This document shows, one piece after another, positions 27,819 to 37,069 of a DNA stretch of 64,000 nt (positions are counted from its first letter, which is position 1; the number at the start of each line of letters is the position of its first letter). The position numbers were made by a program, and so were the translations under genes. This stretch comes from an uncultured Bdellovibrionales bacterium (GTDB taxonomy: Bacteria; Pseudomonadota; Alphaproteobacteria; Micavibrionales; GCA-2720935). The stretch is from NCBI GenBank assembly GCA_964351525.1, contig CAYGOD010000002.1, positions 230,327 to 294,326 of the forward strand, read 5' to 3'. The notes under the pieces are model-generated. The model saw only the letters and a list, made by a program, of their open reading frames with translations, made no database searches and was not told the DNA's origin.

Positions 27819-28454
27819 ATGACAATTTATCTTCACAAGAATGACTTGCCGGCCGACATTGAAATCGGTGCTTCCGTTGCGATTGATACCGAGGCCATGG
27901 GTTTGCGTTATCACCGTGATCGTTTATGTGTTCTCCAATTATCCGTGGGGAATGGTGATGCTCATTTGATACAGTTCGAACAGCCAGTTGATGGTAAACC
28001 AAGCTATGATGCGCCTGTTTTAAAAGCCATTATGGCTGACTCAAAAGTTGAAAAAATATTTCACTTTGCGCGTTTTGACGTTGCGATGATTTATAAATAT
28101 CTAGGCGTTTTATGTGCACCGATTTATTGTACAAAAATTGCCTCTAAACTTTGTCGTACCTATACTAATCGTCATGGGTTGAAAGATTTATGCCGTCAGT
28201 TGATCGGTCAAGACATGAGCAAACAACAGCAAACCTCAGATTGGGGTGCGGTTGAACTTACTGAAGATCAACAAGTCTATGCGGCAAGTGATGTTTTATA
28301 TCTTCACCGTTTAAAAGAAGAATTAGACATCATGGTGACGCGTGAAGGACGAACAGATTTAGCGCGATCATGTTTTGATTTCTTACCACACCGCGCTTTA
28401 CTTGATCTTGAAGGATGGGAAGATCATGATATATTCTCTCACGAAGCGGCATAG
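27819..28454 (+). CDS. rnd: RNase D-like 3'-5' exonuclease (DEDD family, short form)
   Basis: VAIDTEAMGL (ExoI) and YAASDVLYLHRL (ExoIII) are present. Confidence 0.8.
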   Translation: MTIYLHKNDLPADIEIGASVAIDTEAMGLRYHRDRLCVLQLSVGNGDAHLIQFEQPVDGKPSYDAPVLKAIMADSKVEKIFHFARFDVAMIYKYLGVLCAPIYCTKIASKLCRTYTNRHGLKDLCRQLIGQDMSKQQQTSDWGAVELTEDQQVYAASDVLYLHRLKEELDIMVTREGRTDLARSCFDFLPHRALLDLEGWEDHDIFSHEAA

Positions 28455-28479
28455 TTAGGCTTAATAAGGAAATAGATAG

Positions 28480-29469
28480 ATGACTGTTACAGATGTAAAG
28501 ATTGACAAGACCAATCCAGATATTTTAAGCGCGTATCAAACGCTTGATATTGAAATTAGCGGTTTAGAACATTTGAAAGAAGCATTGGGGGCTGATTTCA
28601 TACGCGCTCTTGACTTCATGGAAAATGCAACGGGACGTGTAATCGTTACGGGGATGGGTAAATCTGGCCATGTGGCACGTAAAATTGCCGCGACCCTGTC
28701 ATCAACATGGACACCCGCTTTTTTTGTTCATCCTGGCGAAGCTAGTCACGGCGATTTGGGCATGATTAAGCGCGGCGAAGATGTTATTATTGCGCTGTCT
28801 GCATCGGGCAGTACGTCTGAATTATCAGATACGGTTGAATTTGCAAAACGTTTCTCAGTGCCGTTGATCGGCATAACAGCGAACGAAGATTCCTTATTAG
28901 GTCAAAAATCTGATGCGTTGCTATTATTACCACGTATTAATGAGGCTTGCCCGAATAATCAAGCCCCAACAACCAGCACAACAATGATGATGGCGTTGGG
29001 CGATTGTTTGGCGGTGGCGTTGTTAGAGCGCCGCAATATAACACCAGAGCAGTTTAAGGTCTTCCACCCTGGTGGAAAATTGGGACGTACTTTGTCTCGG
29101 GTTTCTGATGTTATGCAAGCACCGCGCGCTGTTGATTTTTTAAAGCCAGGGTCTGATTTTACACAAACACTTACTGCGATCACCAAAACAAATAACGGGT
29201 GCATTGCTGTTTCTGATGATAATGAAACCTTGCTTGGTTGGGTGACTGATGGAGATATTCGCCGTGCCAGCTTAAACGGTGAAACAACCAATCTAACGGC
29301 CCGCGACATGATGACGGAAAACCCGCGTCATGTATTGGTCGATGATTTGGGCGCAGAAGCCATGGCGATGATGAGTGAGAAACAAATCACAAATCTACCC
29401 GTTATGGAGGGTCAAAAACTAGTTGGTATCCTGCATATTCATGATTGTTTGCGTGCCGCAATCGCTTAA
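28480..29469 (+). CDS. kdsD: Arabinose-5-phosphate isomerase (KdsD/KpsF; SIS + tandem CBS)
   Basis: VIVTGMGKSGHVARKIAATLSSTWTPAFFVHPGEASHGDLGM is the SIS domain. There is a C-terminal CBS pair. It sits directly upstream of lptC-lptA-lptB. Confidence 0.9.
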   Translation: MTVTDVKIDKTNPDILSAYQTLDIEISGLEHLKEALGADFIRALDFMENATGRVIVTGMGKSGHVARKIAATLSSTWTPAFFVHPGEASHGDLGMIKRGEDVIIALSASGSTSELSDTVEFAKRFSVPLIGITANEDSLLGQKSDALLLLPRINEACPNNQAPTTSTTMMMALGDCLAVALLERRNITPEQFKVFHPGGKLGRTLSRVSDVMQAPRAVDFLKPGSDFTQTLTAITKTNNGCIAVSDDNETLLGWVTDGDIRRASLNGETTNLTARDMMTENPRHVLVDDLGAEAMAMMSEKQITNLPVMEGQKLVGILHIHDCLRAAIA

Positions 29470-29475
29470 ATTTAA

Positions 29476-30162
29476 ATGATAGATAGCAGTTCTAATAACA
29501 CCCAGAATGAACGCCGCGCCAGATTGGCGGGGGTTAATCGGTCTTATACTGGGCGATCTGCACGCCGTGATTTTTTTATTCGTTTTTTTAAATATGGCCT
29601 GCCTTTATTGGGGTTTTTCTTTCTTATTAGTTTGTTTGTTTTTCCTTACTTTTTGAAGCAAACAACAAATCTAACATTCGATGAAATTAAAATTGATGAA
29701 CAAGTTGGTCATATTGAAATGGTTAACCCTGTTTATAAATCTTTTGGGCGCGATCAAACGCCGTATCGTGTTTCCGCACAGACAGCCGTTCGGATGATCA
29801 ATAATCCAGATTCTATTTGGTTAAGTGAACCCCGCGCGACCATTGGTACAAAACAAGATGAAAATAGTACCAATATGGATGATTTTAAAAATAACAGCCT
29901 TAATGTTTCGGCGCGTTCAGGGGATTATGATCAAGAAATTGGTCAATTAAACTTAACGGGTAGCGTGCAATTAAGAGATCAGCAGGGTTATGTCCTTAAT
30001 GGTGAAAGCCTTATGGTTGATCTTAAAACGGGTGATGCAACATCCACACAACCTATTAATGGTACAGGGCCACGCGGTGACTTAAAAGCCGAAGGATTAA
30101 TTGTTAAACAAAGCGGATCCCATGTGATATTACAGGGACGTTCTCAAATTATTTTGCGTTAG
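29476..30162 (+). CDS. lptC: LPS export protein LptC
   Basis: There is an N-terminal TM anchor (LPLLGFFFLISLFVFPYF) and a beta-jellyroll-sized periplasmic part. The conserved position between kdsD and lptA supports the call. Confidence 0.7.
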   Translation: MIDSSSNNTQNERRARLAGVNRSYTGRSARRDFFIRFFKYGLPLLGFFFLISLFVFPYFLKQTTNLTFDEIKIDEQVGHIEMVNPVYKSFGRDQTPYRVSAQTAVRMINNPDSIWLSEPRATIGTKQDENSTNMDDFKNNSLNVSARSGDYDQEIGQLNLTGSVQLRDQQGYVLNGESLMVDLKTGDATSTQPINGTGPRGDLKAEGLIVKQSGSHVILQGRSQIILR

Positions 30163-30190
30163 GCATCTATTTCATTTAAAACTTATTCCT

Positions 30191-31108
30191 ATGAAATCTT
30201 TCATTTATTCATTTCTTGTTTTTATTGTGATCGCCACTATTGGCGCATCGTCACTTTATGCCGAAGAAACGCGCACGCCTGTTGAGATCGAAGCAGATCA
30301 AGCCATTGAATGGGTGCGTGATCCAATTAAAACAGATCAAGGACAGTATATTGCCCGCGGCAATGCCGTCGCAACACAGGGTGAATATACGGTCAAGGCC
30401 GATATTCTGATTGCTGATTATCGTGAAAATAAACAAGGAAAGACTGATGTTTGGCGCTTTACGGCTAGAGGAAACGTGATTGTTACCGCCAACGGCTATA
30501 AAGCCACTGCGGATGAGGCGATTTACTTGATTGATAAAGAGGAAACCACTTTAAGAAATATTAAGAATGATAATGCAGAAACAAAACCGATTATTGTGAT
30601 TAGTGAGGACGCCGAATTGCGCGCCTATGAGGAAATATATTTCTCACGTCAAGATAATGTGATTAAAGCGATTGGACGACCGCAAATCAAACAGGGTAAT
30701 CGTGTCTTGCGAGCGAACATCCTTGAGGGACGTTTGGCGCAGAATACATCTACCAATACATCTACCAATACATCTACCGCTGATAAATCATCCTTGGCGG
30801 GTTCGGGCACATTGCGCTTAAAACGCGTTGATGCGGTGGGGAATGTTAAAATTGTTAGTCCTGACGAAGTTATAACGGGCGATAAAGCCTGGTATAATCT
30901 TGATAATGACAAGGCCGAGATAACGGGCGCAGTCAAAATTACCCGCGGTTCAAACCAATTAAATGGCGACCGTGCCATTATTGATCTTAAAAAAGGCACA
31001 AGCCAACTTGTTGCCAAACCAACCACCGTTACAAAAGATGATGGTCAGCCAGTGTCAACCGGCCGTGTTAAAGGCATTTTCTTCCTTGATAATAAGGGGG
31101 ATAAATAA
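30191..31108 (+). CDS. lptA: LPS export periplasmic protein LptA (OstA-like), enlarged
   Basis: A signal peptide is present, with OstA-like repeats ([20 protein letters not shown]; [24 protein letters not shown]) and stop/start overlap with lptB. It contains an NTST x3 insertion. Confidence 0.75.
   Translation: MKSFIYSFLVFIVIATIGASSLYAEETRTPVEIEADQAIEWVRDPIKTDQGQYIARGNAVATQGEYTVKADILIADYRENKQGKTDVWRFTARGNVIVTANGYKATADEAIYLIDKEETTLRNIKNDNAETKPIIVISEDAELRAYEEIYFSRQDNVIKAIGRPQIKQGNRVLRANILEGRLAQNTSTNTSTNTSTADKSSLAGSGTLRLKRVDAVGNVKIVSPDEVITGDKAWYNLDNDKAEITGAVKITRGSNQLNGDRAIIDLKKGTSQLVAKPTTVTKDDGQPVSTGRVKGIFFLDNKGDK
30743..30778 (+). repeat. 12-bp in-frame tandem repeat x3 inside lptA
   Basis: AATACATCTACC repeats three times perfectly, encoding [12 protein letters not shown]. 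Confidence 0.9.
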
Positions 31109-31830
31109 TGGCTGGATTAGTGATTGAGAAGCTTGGTAAAAGCTATGGTAAGCGTCCTATTTTAAAAGACATTTCTATGCGCCTGAACCAAGGGGAGGCG
31201 GTTGCCTTGTTGGGTCCTAATGGTGCAGGTAAAACTACCTGTTTTTATATCATTAGTGGTTTGATCGCCGCCGATAAGGGCGCGATTATGATGGATGGCC
31301 AAGATGTGACATCATTACCGATGCATGAACGTGCACGTTTAGGCATTGGATATTTACCACAAGAGGCCTCAATTTTTCGCGGCATGACAGTTGAGCAAAA
31401 TATCATGGCAATTATCCAGGCTACTGTTGAAAAAAAACACGAACGTGAAGCCTTTTTAGAAGATTTAATGGCTGAATTCTCTATCACTCATTTGCGCCGT
31501 ACGCCGTCTATGGCTCTATCAGGCGGCGAGCGTCGCCGTTTAGAAATTGCGCGCGCTCTGGCATCTCATCCTAAATATATTTTATTGGACGAGCCGTTGG
31601 CAGGGATTGACCCATTGGCGGTCTCAGATATTCGTGATTTGATCATGCATCTTAAAAAGCGCGGTATTGGTGTGCTGATTACCGATCATAATGTACGTGA
31701 TACGTTGGGTATTGTTGATCGTGCTTATATTTTGCATGAAGGCACAGTCTTGATGGAGGGTACACCCGAAGAGATCGTCGCCAATGAAGATGTGCGCCGT
31801 GTTTATTTGGGCGATTCCCTCGATCGCTAA
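31108..31830 (+). CDS. lptB: LPS export ABC transporter ATPase LptB
   Basis: Walker A is [14 protein letters not shown], the ABC signature is [15 protein letters not shown], and Walker B is ILLDEP. Confidence 0.95.
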   Translation: MAGLVIEKLGKSYGKRPILKDISMRLNQGEAVALLGPNGAGKTTCFYIISGLIAADKGAIMMDGQDVTSLPMHERARLGIGYLPQEASIFRGMTVEQNIMAIIQATVEKKHEREAFLEDLMAEFSITHLRRTPSMALSGGERRRLEIARALASHPKYILLDEPLAGIDPLAVSDIRDLIMHLKKRGIGVLITDHNVRDTLGIVDRAYILHEGTVLMEGTPEEIVANEDVRRVYLGDSLDR

Positions 31831-31983
31831 GGTGGTTATGGGTGGTTATTTATTCACTTAATAAGCTTGATTGCATTTACCGGTTAAAAACGATAGAATA
31901 ACATTATCAATTGATAGGCGCAGTCCTTGCCCTACTTCAATATCAGTGCAAATAAGAAATCTTTTTAAAAGAGAGTTATATCA

Positions 31984-33513
31984 ATGTCTTCAGGTGGCCC
32001 AAATACTGGACCCAGATTAGATTTACGCCAAACCCAAGGGTTGGTGATGACTCCGCAGTTGCAACAGGCCATCAAATTGTTGCAAATGAGTAATCTTGAA
32101 TTGTCTGAACATCTCATGGAAGAGCTGGAGAAAAACCCACTTCTTGAACGTGCCGAAGGCAATAATGCCCAAGACCAAGAAGACGCCGATGCAACAAGCC
32201 GTGAAAAAGAATTTATCAAAAGTGAAAGCGATCTTGAAGCGCTACAAAATTTGCCTCAGAGTAGACAAGAAAAAGACCCCGATGTCACCAAGGTTGACGC
32301 CGCACCGCTTGATGATAATTTCGACCATATTTGGAGCGGCGGTGATTCTTATGCGGGTACTGGCAAGGGTGGATCAAGTAATTTTGATGACAGTGATTTT
32401 TCCTATGAGAAGACGCTCACTAAAGAAAAATCTTTGCGCGATCATTTAGAAGAACAAATTATGTTGTCTTTTGATCATCCGCGCGAAAAGGCACTGGCTT
32501 TGGCGATGATGGATCGGATCAGTGCGGCTGGTTATTTGCGCGAAACCGCTGATGAGTTGGCGTTGAGTTTGGGTATTGAAAAGCCAGAAGTTGAGGGTGT
32601 TCTAACAAAATTAAAAGGCTTTGATCCTACGGGCATATTTGCGTATGACCTAAAGGAGTGTTTAGCCCTGCAGTTAAAAGAAAAAGATCGCTATGATCCC
32701 GCGATGCAGGCTTTTGTCGAAAATATTGAATTAATGGGACAGCATGATCATAAGAAGATTTTAGATGTGTGCGGTGTTGAGATCGAAGATCTGCGTGATA
32801 TGATCATCGAAATCCGTCAATGTAATCCAAAGCCTGCTGGGCTGTTTGATCATGTGATTGTACAAACCGCCATTCCTGATGTTTTCGTTTTTCCGAAAAA
32901 AACAGATACGGGTATGGGTTGGCATATTGAATTAAATAAAGACACACTGCCGCGTGTTTTGGTCAATAATCGCTATTATACCGAAATTAAAACAATGGCA
33001 CATAACAAGGAAGAGAAAAGCTTTGTTGAAGAGCAAATGCAAAATGCGAATTGGATGGTGCGCGCGATGGACCAGCGTGCGCAAACAATTTTGAAGGTGA
33101 CGGCAGAAATCGTCAAACAACAAGACGCGTTTTTTGCCTATGGTTTACAATATTTAAAGCCCATGACCTTGCGCGATATTGCCGATAAAATTGAAATGCA
33201 TGAAAGCACCGTTAGCCGTGTGACGAGTAGTAAATATATCGGTACACCGCGTGGCTTGTTTGATATGAAGTTCTTTTTTTCAAGTGGTTTGGGGTCTACA
33301 GATGGCGGGATGGAGCATTCTTCCGAGGCAGTGCGTGCGCGCATTAAGGCACTTATTGAAGGGGAAGATAAAATTCTGTCAGATGAAAAATTAGCGGCTC
33401 TTTTAAAGGCCGAAGGCATTGATATTGCACGCCGTACCGTTGCTAAATATCGCGAAGCCATGAATATCCCCACATCTAGCCTTAGAAAAAGACAACGCAA
33501 GAGCCTTTTGTAG
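31984..33513 (+). CDS. rpoN: RNA polymerase sigma-54 factor
   Basis: Region I is LRQTQGLVMTPQLQQAIKLLQMSNLEL. The RpoN box is ARRTVAKYREAMNIP. Confidence 0.95.
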   Translation: MSSGGPNTGPRLDLRQTQGLVMTPQLQQAIKLLQMSNLELSEHLMEELEKNPLLERAEGNNAQDQEDADATSREKEFIKSESDLEALQNLPQSRQEKDPDVTKVDAAPLDDNFDHIWSGGDSYAGTGKGGSSNFDDSDFSYEKTLTKEKSLRDHLEEQIMLSFDHPREKALALAMMDRISAAGYLRETADELALSLGIEKPEVEGVLTKLKGFDPTGIFAYDLKECLALQLKEKDRYDPAMQAFVENIELMGQHDHKKILDVCGVEIEDLRDMIIEIRQCNPKPAGLFDHVIVQTAIPDVFVFPKKTDTGMGWHIELNKDTLPRVLVNNRYYTEIKTMAHNKEEKSFVEEQMQNANWMVRAMDQRAQTILKVTAEIVKQQDAFFAYGLQYLKPMTLRDIADKIEMHESTVSRVTSSKYIGTPRGLFDMKFFFSSGLGSTDGGMEHSSEAVRARIKALIEGEDKILSDEKLAALLKAEGIDIARRTVAKYREAMNIPTSSLRKRQRKSLL

Positions 33514-33644
33514 GCGTCTTAAATTAATTCAAACTTATTTCATTTTTAAAGTATCTATTAACGCTTATAAGATAGAATAAAGATGCTTAATAATTTTTAC
33601 TATTTATCCCCCAAAAAATAACAACACGCATCAAGGAGAAAAAT

Positions 33645-34205
33645 ATGCAAGTTGAAGTCAGTGGTCTACATATCAATGTCGGTGATAGCCTTCGTAATCA
33701 CGTCAATGAATCACTCACAGATATGAAAGAAAAATATTTCGATCATGTCAGTAATGCGACCGTATTCTTTAGTAAAGAGCGCCACTTATTTAAGGTTGAT
33801 ATTCACATGAATGTTGGTCGTGGTATTGTTTTGAAAAGTTCTGCCGAAGGTGAAGATGCTTATCCAGCCTTTGATGGTGCAGCAACGCGCCTTGGTAAAA
33901 GATTGAAAAAATACAAATCTAAATTGCGCGATCATCAAAATCAAAATGTTGCGACAGCTGTTCAAATGTTAGCACAAGAGCGCACAATTGAAACAAAAGA
34001 AGACATTGATGATGCACCCAGTGAGCCATTGGTCATTGCTGATATGAAAACAATTATTGAAGATCTAACGGTGAGTGATGCAGTAATGCGCCTTGAATTG
34101 GGTGACTTACCAGCGCTTATGTTTAAGAACAAAGCCGATGGTGCATTTAATATGATTTATCGCCGTGCGGATGGAAATATTGGCTGGGTTAATCCAAAAG
34201 ATTAA
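33645..34205 (+). CDS. hpf: Ribosome hibernation promoting factor (long HPF)
   Basis: MQVEVSGLHINVGDSLRNHVNESL is present, the length is typical of long HPF, and it occupies the conserved position after rpoN. Confidence 0.9.
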   Translation: MQVEVSGLHINVGDSLRNHVNESLTDMKEKYFDHVSNATVFFSKERHLFKVDIHMNVGRGIVLKSSAEGEDAYPAFDGAATRLGKRLKKYKSKLRDHQNQNVATAVQMLAQERTIETKEDIDDAPSEPLVIADMKTIIEDLTVSDAVMRLELGDLPALMFKNKADGAFNMIYRRADGNIGWVNPKD

Positions 34206-34270
34206 CCCTAAACGTGATGTGTTAATCCAAAAGATTGATCTCAAACGTGATGCGTTAATTCGAAAAGAAT
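34188..34270 (+). repeat. 33-bp tandem repeat (about 2.5 copies) spanning the hpf stop codon
   Basis: GTTAATCCAAAAGATTAACCCTAAACGTGATGT (34188..34220), GTTAATCCAAAAGATTGATCTCAAACGTGATGC (34221..34253), and the partial GTTAATTCGAAAAGAAT (34254..34270). Confidence 0.8.
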
Positions 34271-34448
34271 AAGGAAAAACGCGTTTTATTAACAAATACG
34301 ATACGATATTAAAAAGTTACGAATCCCATTAGATTACTGTCACTGTGGATTTGTAACTTTTATTTATCATAATCATCAAAGGTGCTTGCTTTTTAAAAAA
34401 GACCTGTGGTAAAATGAATATCAATCATAACAGCGCAGAGGTTTATTT

Positions 34449-34994
34449 ATGCAGACTATTAGTTCTACAAAAACATCACCGACTCTTAGTACAACGACGA
34501 CATTTGATTTAAATGACACAACACTTCAATTGGTGGCATCGCATGATGTTTCTGTTGGATCCAAGAAAACTGTTTTCCAGCTCTTGTCTGAAATTGCCTC
34601 TGAGGCTTCTGGCGTCAATAGCTATTCAATTTTAGAGCGCATGCAAGAGCGCGATAAATTATTAACCAGTGCGGTTGGTGACGGCGTCATGTTGCCGCAG
34701 GCTGAAATTCCGATGATTGATACGCCTGTTTTGGTTGTCACAACGTTGCATGCTCCAATTACATTTGAATATATGGTCGATAAGACACCCATTGATATCG
34801 CCGCTTTGTTACTTGTTCCCGAAAATAAGGGCACAAAAAATCTGCGTGATCTATCTCGCATTGCACGTCATCTGCGTGATGCGCGTATGCTAGAACTTAT
34901 CCGCGGGGCTGATTCCTCAGATGCAATTATTTCTATTGTCTGCATGGCTCATGATGGGCCTGGACAAAATACTGTCTTGCGTAAAGCGGCCTAA
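34449..34994 (+). CDS. ptsN: PTS-Ntr EIIA-like protein PtsN, with Gln at the phospho-acceptor His position
   Basis: NDTTLQL, SKKTVFQLLSEIA and DIAALLLVPEN align with E. coli PtsN as I remember it. The active-site stretch reads AVGDGVMLPQAEI where E. coli has GIGNGIAIPHGKL. Confidence 0.8.
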   Translation: MQTISSTKTSPTLSTTTTFDLNDTTLQLVASHDVSVGSKKTVFQLLSEIASEASGVNSYSILERMQERDKLLTSAVGDGVMLPQAEIPMIDTPVLVVTTLHAPITFEYMVDKTPIDIAALLLVPENKGTKNLRDLSRIARHLRDARMLELIRGADSSDAIISIVCMAHDGPGQNTVLRKAA

Positions 34995-35001
34995 GCTTTG
35001 T

Positions 35002-35631
35002 ATGGTCAATAGCATGTTAGGTAAATTGCAATCGACAGACCATATTATTAAGGGCGCTGAATATTGCCACGAACCACTAATTTTTTTCTCTCATTTTTCC
35101 TCTGCTTGGCAAGGGCTTCGTGACAAGGTACGTAAACTCGAAACGCGCCAGTCTTACCATGAACCAGAAAACCCAAGTTATTGTGCTTTTTTAAGGGGCG
35201 ATTTTGATCTTGCAATCACCTTAATTCAAGAATCAAAATTACAAGACGAAGCAGAAATATACACACTTTGTCGTGATCGTAATATTGACTTTATCAGATG
35301 TCGCCCCATAGCCTTTCCACTAACGGATTACTTAAAATGGGAAGTAGAGAATTATAAATATTCAATAGAAGCTGGCGAAAAGATTTTTTACTGTGATCTG
35401 AAGGACACATCATCTGTTTTTGATGAATTTGCAAAACATGATTTCATGGTTTTCGATAGTTCTATCGCTTTTATACATGATTATGATGAGCAAGGATTAA
35501 TTCGAGGGGGGTGGATTATTAAAAAAGAGTCATCTATTCATGCCTTATGTGCGCTACATAATTATATATTACTAAAATCGGATCCCTTTGATCTGTTTTT
35601 CCATATTCAAAATAAAGTCCGTGACTCCTAG
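35002..35631 (+). CDS. Hypothetical protein (about 209 aa)
   Basis: I prefer the ATG at 35002, because the track start at 34921 overlaps ptsN. The composition is protein-like and I cannot confidently assign a family. Confidence 0.45.
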   Translation: MVNSMLGKLQSTDHIIKGAEYCHEPLIFFSHFSSAWQGLRDKVRKLETRQSYHEPENPSYCAFLRGDFDLAITLIQESKLQDEAEIYTLCRDRNIDFIRCRPIAFPLTDYLKWEVENYKYSIEAGEKIFYCDLKDTSSVFDEFAKHDFMVFDSSIAFIHDYDEQGLIRGGWIIKKESSIHALCALHNYILLKSDPFDLFFHIQNKVRDS

Positions 35632-35816
35632 GATTTTTTTCTTCACACTAAACTATATCCTAAAATAACGGTCTGCTAGCCACAGCTCTAGGGATATATA
35701 AAATTTTCGTTCTACTTAAAGCCCTAGCGACAATTTTTATTATTTTATAAGAACTGCCGTTTAAATAACAAAAAGATCGTGTAAAACGATATGCAATAAT
35801 AGGGAAGTAAAAGCGC

Positions 35817-36305
35817 ATGGCCATTAATAAAAGGCCCACAGATAAAAAGCGTACCACATCCGAAGACAATACTCTGTCTGGGACACAATTAGACGATTCA
35901 TTATCGTCGCGCCTATCTGATGGCAAAACATCACAAGAAAAACTTTTTGAAGCCGTTTCAGATATTACACGCATTACAGATAGTGGTGTTGATAGTGTTA
36001 CTGAATATGATCAAATAGAGCGTCTATTATCGATTATTGTTAGACAACAATCTGATGCTTGTTACTATGAAAAAATTGGCTCAATTCGGATTTTTGATGT
36101 GAAAAAAAGCCCCGATACGTCTGTTTTAAGGCATGACCGCTCTATTAAAAAGGTCTTCACCCTTTATGATTTGCGTGAAGCTTTGGAGAGTCCCGCTGTG
36201 AAAATGATAATGGTACCAGATAGTGCAGCAATTGCACGCTTGGCTGTTTCTGATATCTGTGAATATTACCTACAGGCAAAAACAATCTTTGTCGAAACGT
36301 CCTAA
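35817..36305 (+). CDS. Hypothetical protein, 162 aa
   Basis: The ORF has plausible composition, and the competing minus-strand ORF 35660..35974 looks non-coding. I recognise no motif. Confidence 0.4.
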   Translation: MAINKRPTDKKRTTSEDNTLSGTQLDDSLSSRLSDGKTSQEKLFEAVSDITRITDSGVDSVTEYDQIERLLSIIVRQQSDACYYEKIGSIRIFDVKKSPDTSVLRHDRSIKKVFTLYDLREALESPAVKMIMVPDSAAIARLAVSDICEYYLQAKTIFVETS

Positions 36306-36352
36306 TATTTACCTCATTTGTGTTCAGCTGATTTTCTGTTATCATTATCGGT

Positions 36353-36688
36353 ATGATAAAAGATATATCTCAAAATAATAGTCGGTACGATCAACCCCAA
36401 GAAGAAGGTTTGATAGATTTTCGTCAAGAAATTGACGCCGTGGATGCCGAAATTGTGGCCTTGCTTGCGAAACGGATGAATATTGTAAGTCGCGTTGCCG
36501 CTTATAAGCATATCCATGATATTGCGCCAATATTGCCCAAGCGTATTAAGCATGTTCGTGAGCAAGCTAAACAATATGGCCGCGAAAAAGGCCTGAACCC
36601 GCATTATCTGCATGATTTGTGGACGCGTATTATCGATGAATCATGTCGCGTTGAACAAGATTTTATCAACCATCATAAAGAGACTTAA
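36353..36688 (+). CDS. Chorismate mutase (AroQ class)
   Basis: DFRQEIDAVDAEIVALLAKRMNIVSRVAAYK is the typical CM_2 first helix. Confidence 0.8.
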   Translation: MIKDISQNNSRYDQPQEEGLIDFRQEIDAVDAEIVALLAKRMNIVSRVAAYKHIHDIAPILPKRIKHVREQAKQYGREKGLNPHYLHDLWTRIIDESCRVEQDFINHHKET

Positions 36689-37069
36689 GGGCGTATTTAA
36701 ATCAATCATCTTGATTTTTAAATAATAGTCCCCCATAATAATTTTATCTTAATGTAATCTGCATTCTGCGGTATTCACATTTTCCTTATAAATACTGTTT
36801 CTGCCCCATTCTTTGGGACGAATTTATCATTGAATCTTTAAAGGATTTTTAAACGATGAAATTTTTTAATATCAATAGCCGCCTTGCTATATATGGGCTT
36901 ATGGCTTGTGTTTGGTGTATCGGCGCGATGGTCTTTATTATTAGTTAAAATAATAAGCGCTTTTTGGTCACTTGACATAGCTTTATAAAGAATTGATTAT
37001 ACCAATCATCAATTTGGCGTCCGCCATTATTGTTATTCAACGACATGACATACTCAGAGGAAAAATTTC

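Noticed and set aside
35660-35974. 104-aa minus-strand ORF
   Set aside because: It overlaps the start of the more plausible plus-strand 162-aa ORF and lacks an SD. This call is ambiguous and my confidence is low either way.
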